Source of the DNA: Promethearchaeota archaeon
GTDB lineage: Archaea > Asgardarchaeota > Lokiarchaeia > Sigyniarchaeales > SOKP01
Length of the DNA stretch: 64,000 nt
NCBI GenBank assembly: GCA_030599585.1
Contig: JAUVNS010000014.1
Span: forward strand, 1 to 64,000
Direction of reading: 5' to 3'
This document shows positions 60,237 to 64,000 of this stretch, in pieces. The notes under the pieces were generated by a model, which searched no databases, was not told the DNA's origin, and saw only the letters and a list, made by a program, of their open reading frames with translations. The translations under genes and the position numbers were made by a program. How positions within the stretch are numbered: the first letter of the stretch is position 1; each line of letters opens with the position of its first letter.

Positions 60237-62270
60237 ATGGCGTTAAAAGTTATCTTCAAAAAGAATAAAAAGAATAGCATTTTCCTTGGATTTATCGCCG
60301 CAATTTCGATTCTACTTATTCCAATAATGTTAGATGCTTTAGCACCCTTCAATAACGAAGATTCCTCTGTAGTCTCTGTATCTGCTAATGGAGATAATTT
60401 TAATATCTTAGATTTTTGGGTAAATGAAATTGAAAGAGTAAATAATACTCAGTTAAATATTGTTTATGGTGATAATCACACCATAGAACACACCATCTCA
60501 TTTTCAAATAAAAATTATGAATTGAAAGCTCGAGATATTTATTTTAATTCGCCTAATTGGGTTGGAGCACAACCACAAAATCTTACATTATATGGTGTAT
60601 TACTTTATCCAGAAATTATCAAGAGTAGTAATCCGGGAGCTTTAATTATGCATGGATTAAATGGAGAAATAGATGAAGCGTTTGATCTAGCTATACCATA
60701 TTTAGAGAAAGGTTTTGTAGTCTTATGCCATGCTCATCCAGGTCACGGTAAATCAGAGGGAACAGAACCAGAACCTGGAAATTTATATTATGAGGGAGCA
60801 TATAACGAATCAGCTCATTTTTACTTAACATTATGTGGGGCGATTCAAGGATTAAGAGTTCTTGAAACGCTTACATTTGTTAATAATTCTCAAATAATGG
60901 TTGCAGGTAAATCATATGGAGGATTAAATGCTATGTGGTTAGCAGGTATTTTAGGAGAGAGGATTGCTGGAGTTACAGCGTATATAGCTATAGGAGATAT
61001 CGCTAAGAATTTAATCCATCCCGATAAATTATTTTTCTGGATATTAGGGAAAAATGTCAGGGAAATTCCTGATTCTTATGTAACGAACCAACTCTTACGA
61101 TTTGATCCAATTCATTATTTAAATTCCTCTAAACTACCCCCAATACTGTGGCAAATAGGAACTAATGACGATTTTTTCCATTATAGCTCAATAAAAGGAA
61201 CTTTTGACTCAGTTCAACACAATAATAAATTTATGCAGATTTTCCCTAACGATCATCATGGTTTTCCTGGATTTGAGGGGTCGTCTAAATTTTTTATTGA
61301 TTATGTTTTAAACAATGGTTCCATTCCACCTCAAATTAACATTACTAGTATATCTAAGACCCAAGATCTTCGTGGGGATAATCTGCATATCGCTCTACGA
61401 GTAAACTCAACTGAGGAAATCGATTCAATACAGATGGTATATAAATTTACTGATGTTCTTGGTTCTACATGGGAATATATTAACCTTGATAGTATTGATG
61501 GGGTGAATTGGGAAGGAGAACTAAGTCCGACAATCTTCAATTCTAATCTTGATTATTATATTATCGTCAATTTAAAAAATATGACTAATGTTTGGTTTTC
61601 GTCTAATATATACTCAGCGGGAGAAATAAGAAGTAACCTAGCACTTCCTTTCATTATTATTATTTCTGTTATTATACTAATTCCCCTTGCATTATCAATA
61701 AGGAAAAAGTTTCTTGAAATACCAGTAATGGAATTAGATGAAAAAAGTAAGTTGAAACGTCATTTTTTAAATGAAATTATTATAATATTAGTATTAGACG
61801 CTGTTTATTATCTTTCACTCATCTTGCCATGGATAGTTTACGAGAGTGGGGGTGTAATTTTTAACCACATATATATATTTAATAATTTATATACCTGGAA
61901 GATATATTTTGGCGAGTTTGCTTCTTCTTTAACCACTATCTTCTTTATCGCAAGTATTGTTAACTCACAACTAAACTTCATCAGCTTAAGATTATCAGCA
62001 ATATTAAAACTACTATATCCAACAATTATGCTAGGCTTCATCAGCGCTACGCCATTTCTTTCTGGTGTCTTAGATCCTACCAGTTTGACTTCTAACTTCG
62101 GATTAATTTTCCCCGGAATTGGACCAATGCTTATGATTATTTGTTCAATATTATTGTTTTTAATAGGTCGAAGAGAAAGAAAAACTAAGATTTCTTTAGG
62201 TTTAGTTAGGAAAAATAATTTGAGGTCTTTTTTCTTTAAAACCTATTCTAGAGTTTTTAAGAAGGTTTAA
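60237..62270 (+). CDS. Membrane-anchored alpha/beta hydrolase
   Basis: N-terminal signal/TM, MHGLNG, GHGKS, GKSYGG nucleophile elbow, NDDFF, DHHG; several C-terminal TMs. Confidence 0.85.
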   Translation: MALKVIFKKNKKNSIFLGFIAAISILLIPIMLDALAPFNNEDSSVVSVSANGDNFNILDFWVNEIERVNNTQLNIVYGDNHTIEHTISFSNKNYELKARDIYFNSPNWVGAQPQNLTLYGVLLYPEIIKSSNPGALIMHGLNGEIDEAFDLAIPYLEKGFVVLCHAHPGHGKSEGTEPEPGNLYYEGAYNESAHFYLTLCGAIQGLRVLETLTFVNNSQIMVAGKSYGGLNAMWLAGILGERIAGVTAYIAIGDIAKNLIHPDKLFFWILGKNVREIPDSYVTNQLLRFDPIHYLNSSKLPPILWQIGTNDDFFHYSSIKGTFDSVQHNNKFMQIFPNDHHGFPGFEGSSKFFIDYVLNNGSIPPQINITSISKTQDLRGDNLHIALRVNSTEEIDSIQMVYKFTDVLGSTWEYINLDSIDGVNWEGELSPTIFNSNLDYYIIVNLKNMTNVWFSSNIYSAGEIRSNLALPFIIIISVIILIPLALSIRKKFLEIPVMELDEKSKLKRHFLNEIIIILVLDAVYYLSLILPWIVYESGGVIFNHIYIFNNLYTWKIYFGEFASSLTTIFFIASIVNSQLNFISLRLSAILKLLYPTIMLGFISATPFLSGVLDPTSLTSNFGLIFPGIGPMLMIICSILLFLIGRRERKTKISLGLVRKNNLRSFFFKTYSRVFKKV

Positions 62271-62329
62271 ATAACAAAAAAAGATACATAGAAAAAAATA
62301 AATGTCAAATAACATTTGTTGCATTACCA

Positions 62330-62785
62330 ATGAAATCTCTACTAGTTTTGTTTTCATATCATCACAAAAATACTGAGAAAATCGCTAAGGTCTTCGCAAA
62401 AGTTCTTGATGCACAGATAAAATCGCCACAGCAAGTAATTCCTGAAGAGCTTCAAGATTATAGTCTAATTGGCTTTGGATCAGGGATCTATGATGATAAA
62501 CACCATAAACTTCTGCTTGACCTTGCCGATAAACTACCACAAGTCAACAACAGGAAAGCATTTATTTTTTCAACAAGTGCAATGCAAGAAAAAGCCAAAG
62601 TCGCTAAAGATCACTCGCAGCTTAGGGAAAAACTGCAATCGAAAGGTTACACGATTGTTGATGAATTTAGTTGTAAAGGTTTTAACACCAATAGTTTCCT
62701 GAAATATTTTGGGGGAATGAATAAGGGTAGACCTAATGCTGAAGATCTCAAACATGCAGAACAATTTGCTCAGAACCTGAAGTAG
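62330..62785 (+). CDS. Flavodoxin family protein
   Basis: SYHHKNTEKIA, GFGSGIY, FIFST, GRPN. Confidence 0.9.
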   Translation: MKSLLVLFSYHHKNTEKIAKVFAKVLDAQIKSPQQVIPEELQDYSLIGFGSGIYDDKHHKLLLDLADKLPQVNNRKAFIFSTSAMQEKAKVAKDHSQLREKLQSKGYTIVDEFSCKGFNTNSFLKYFGGMNKGRPNAEDLKHAEQFAQNLK

Positions 62786-62886
62786 AACTTAATTTAGCGT
62801 TTTAGTATATGAATTATATAAAAGCCTAAGACTTTTATTGAAAAAAATAAACATATGTCACTATCTAATGGAACTTAGGTAAGAAT

Positions 62887-63999
62887 TTAAGGATGCAAAT
62901 AAACCGACACTTTTTCTCCTTTTTTCAATCCTTCCCTATTTTCAGAAATTTCTACAATCCCATCAGATTGAGTTAATGAGCTTATAATTCCTGAGCCTTT
63001 TAATTTAACTGGGAGAGCAAGAAGCTGATTTTCTCTCTTTTCTAGTCTAACTCTTAAGTAATGTTTATATCCCATTCGCGAGACTGGTACATCTTTACTA
63101 ATTGTGGCTATGATTTCTACCCTTGGATCTGTGGTAAGACATCCTAACATCTTCTTGATGGTGGTTCCAACAATTAATAAAAAACAAATATACGCTGCTA
63201 CAGGAGTACCTGGTAGACAGAAAACTAACGATTGATCTTTTAAGCCAATTAATACCGGTGAACCGGGTCGCATCGCAATTCCATGAACCAACACCTTACC
63301 GTTTTCATGTATTGTTTCGGGTAAGAAATCTTTAGTTCCCACTGATGTACCACCTGTAAATATAATAATTTGAGAGTCGATAGAAGATTTAATTAAATTA
63401 TTTCTAATTTCATCTTTATTGTCCTTAATGTTTAATTCTCTTACTACGCTTCCTCCATATGTTTCTACGAGGCTTGATACCATCGGACTATTTGAATTAT
63501 AGATTTTATTTATTGGAAGGGGACTTCCTACTTCAACTAATTCGTCTCCTACAGCAAAAACGCTCACTTTTGGTTTTTTTTTTACTTTGATATGTTTAAT
63601 CCCTAATGAAGACAAAAGAGCGATATGAGAAGCTTTAATGGTAATACCTGCTCTTAAAATATCTGTTCCTAGAGGAATATCTTCGCCTTTTTTAGAAACA
63701 TTTTTTCCCGGAACTATTGAAGTATAAATAGAAACAATCTCGCCATCAATATCAGTATCTTCTATTTTTATAACTGAATCAGCGCCTTGTGGTATTACCG
63801 CTCCAGTGGATATTCTAATAGCCTCTCCAGACTTAAGAACAAGATCAGTTTCTTCTCCAATCTCAACTGTACCAATTTTTTTTATTACTTTTGGATTGCT
63901 AGGAGATGCTCCAAATGTATCTTCCGCTTTAACCGCGTATCCATCCATTGCAGACCTATCAAAGGGGGGAATATCGAGTTCACTGATAATACCAGTCGC
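62887..63999 (-). CDS. moeA: Molybdopterin molybdotransferase, 5' end outside window
   Basis: PPFDRSAMDGYAV, ISTGA, GDEL, GGTSVG..DF, MRPG.P, LPG.P. Confidence 0.93.
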   Translation of the reverse strand, partial: ATGIISELDIPPFDRSAMDGYAVKAEDTFGASPSNPKVIKKIGTVEIGEETDLVLKSGEAIRISTGAVIPQGADSVIKIEDTDIDGEIVSIYTSIVPGKNVSKKGEDIPLGTDILRAGITIKASHIALLSSLGIKHIKVKKKPKVSVFAVGDELVEVGSPLPINKIYNSNSPMVSSLVETYGGSVVRELNIKDNKDEIRNNLIKSSIDSQIIIFTGGTSVGTKDFLPETIHENGKVLVHGIAMRPGSPVLIGLKDQSLVFCLPGTPVAAYICFLLIVGTTIKKMLGCLTTDPRVEIIATISKDVPVSRMGYKHYLRVRLEKRENQLLALPVKLKGSGIISSLTQSDGIVEISENREGLKKGEKVSVYLHP

Positions 64000-64000
64000 T

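Noticed and set aside
559-62764. Numerous 60-125 aa ORFs overlapping longer genes (e.g. 559-774, 9670-9942, 14955-15311, 36717-37094, 46904-47218)
   Set aside because: Antisense or alternate-frame shadows of well-supported genes, with no motifs
1-64000. CRISPR array, IS/transposase, rRNA
   Set aside because: No regularly spaced repeats, transposase motifs or long GC-rich structural RNA seen

Overview
AT-rich, gene-dense archaeal chromosome segment, most consistent with an Asgard archaeon (Lokiarchaeia-like). This placement is an inference from archaeal markers (Nre with PIP box, PAC2, DUF2070, a BHB-intron tRNA) together with a small Ras-superfamily GTPase, a longin-like protein, TPR/LRR proteins, multi-PAS kinases and stand-alone receivers. 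About 55 CDS cover housekeeping and metabolism (dut, purE, rpiA, thiolase, FadH-like reductase, RsmB/NOP2, FprA, MoeA), signalling and transport. There is one tRNA-Ala(GGC) with a 30-nt D-loop intron. No CRISPR array, IS or integrase was seen. Main observations: (1) a membrane-anchored subtilase whose architecture and motifs resemble eukaryotic site-1 protease (SKI-1/MBTPS1); (2) a small GTPase gene overlapping a longin/uDENN-like plus winged-helix gene; (3) an MDR-oxidoreductase cluster carrying integron-like signals (attI-like site, GTTRRRY/RYYTAAC cores) with no integrase; (4) at least five genes that appear to start at ATT/ATA/ATC, including a dodecin missed by the ORF track; (5) a multi-TM DHp-only sensor beside a lone receiver. 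All family calls come from motif recognition by eye; no searches were run.
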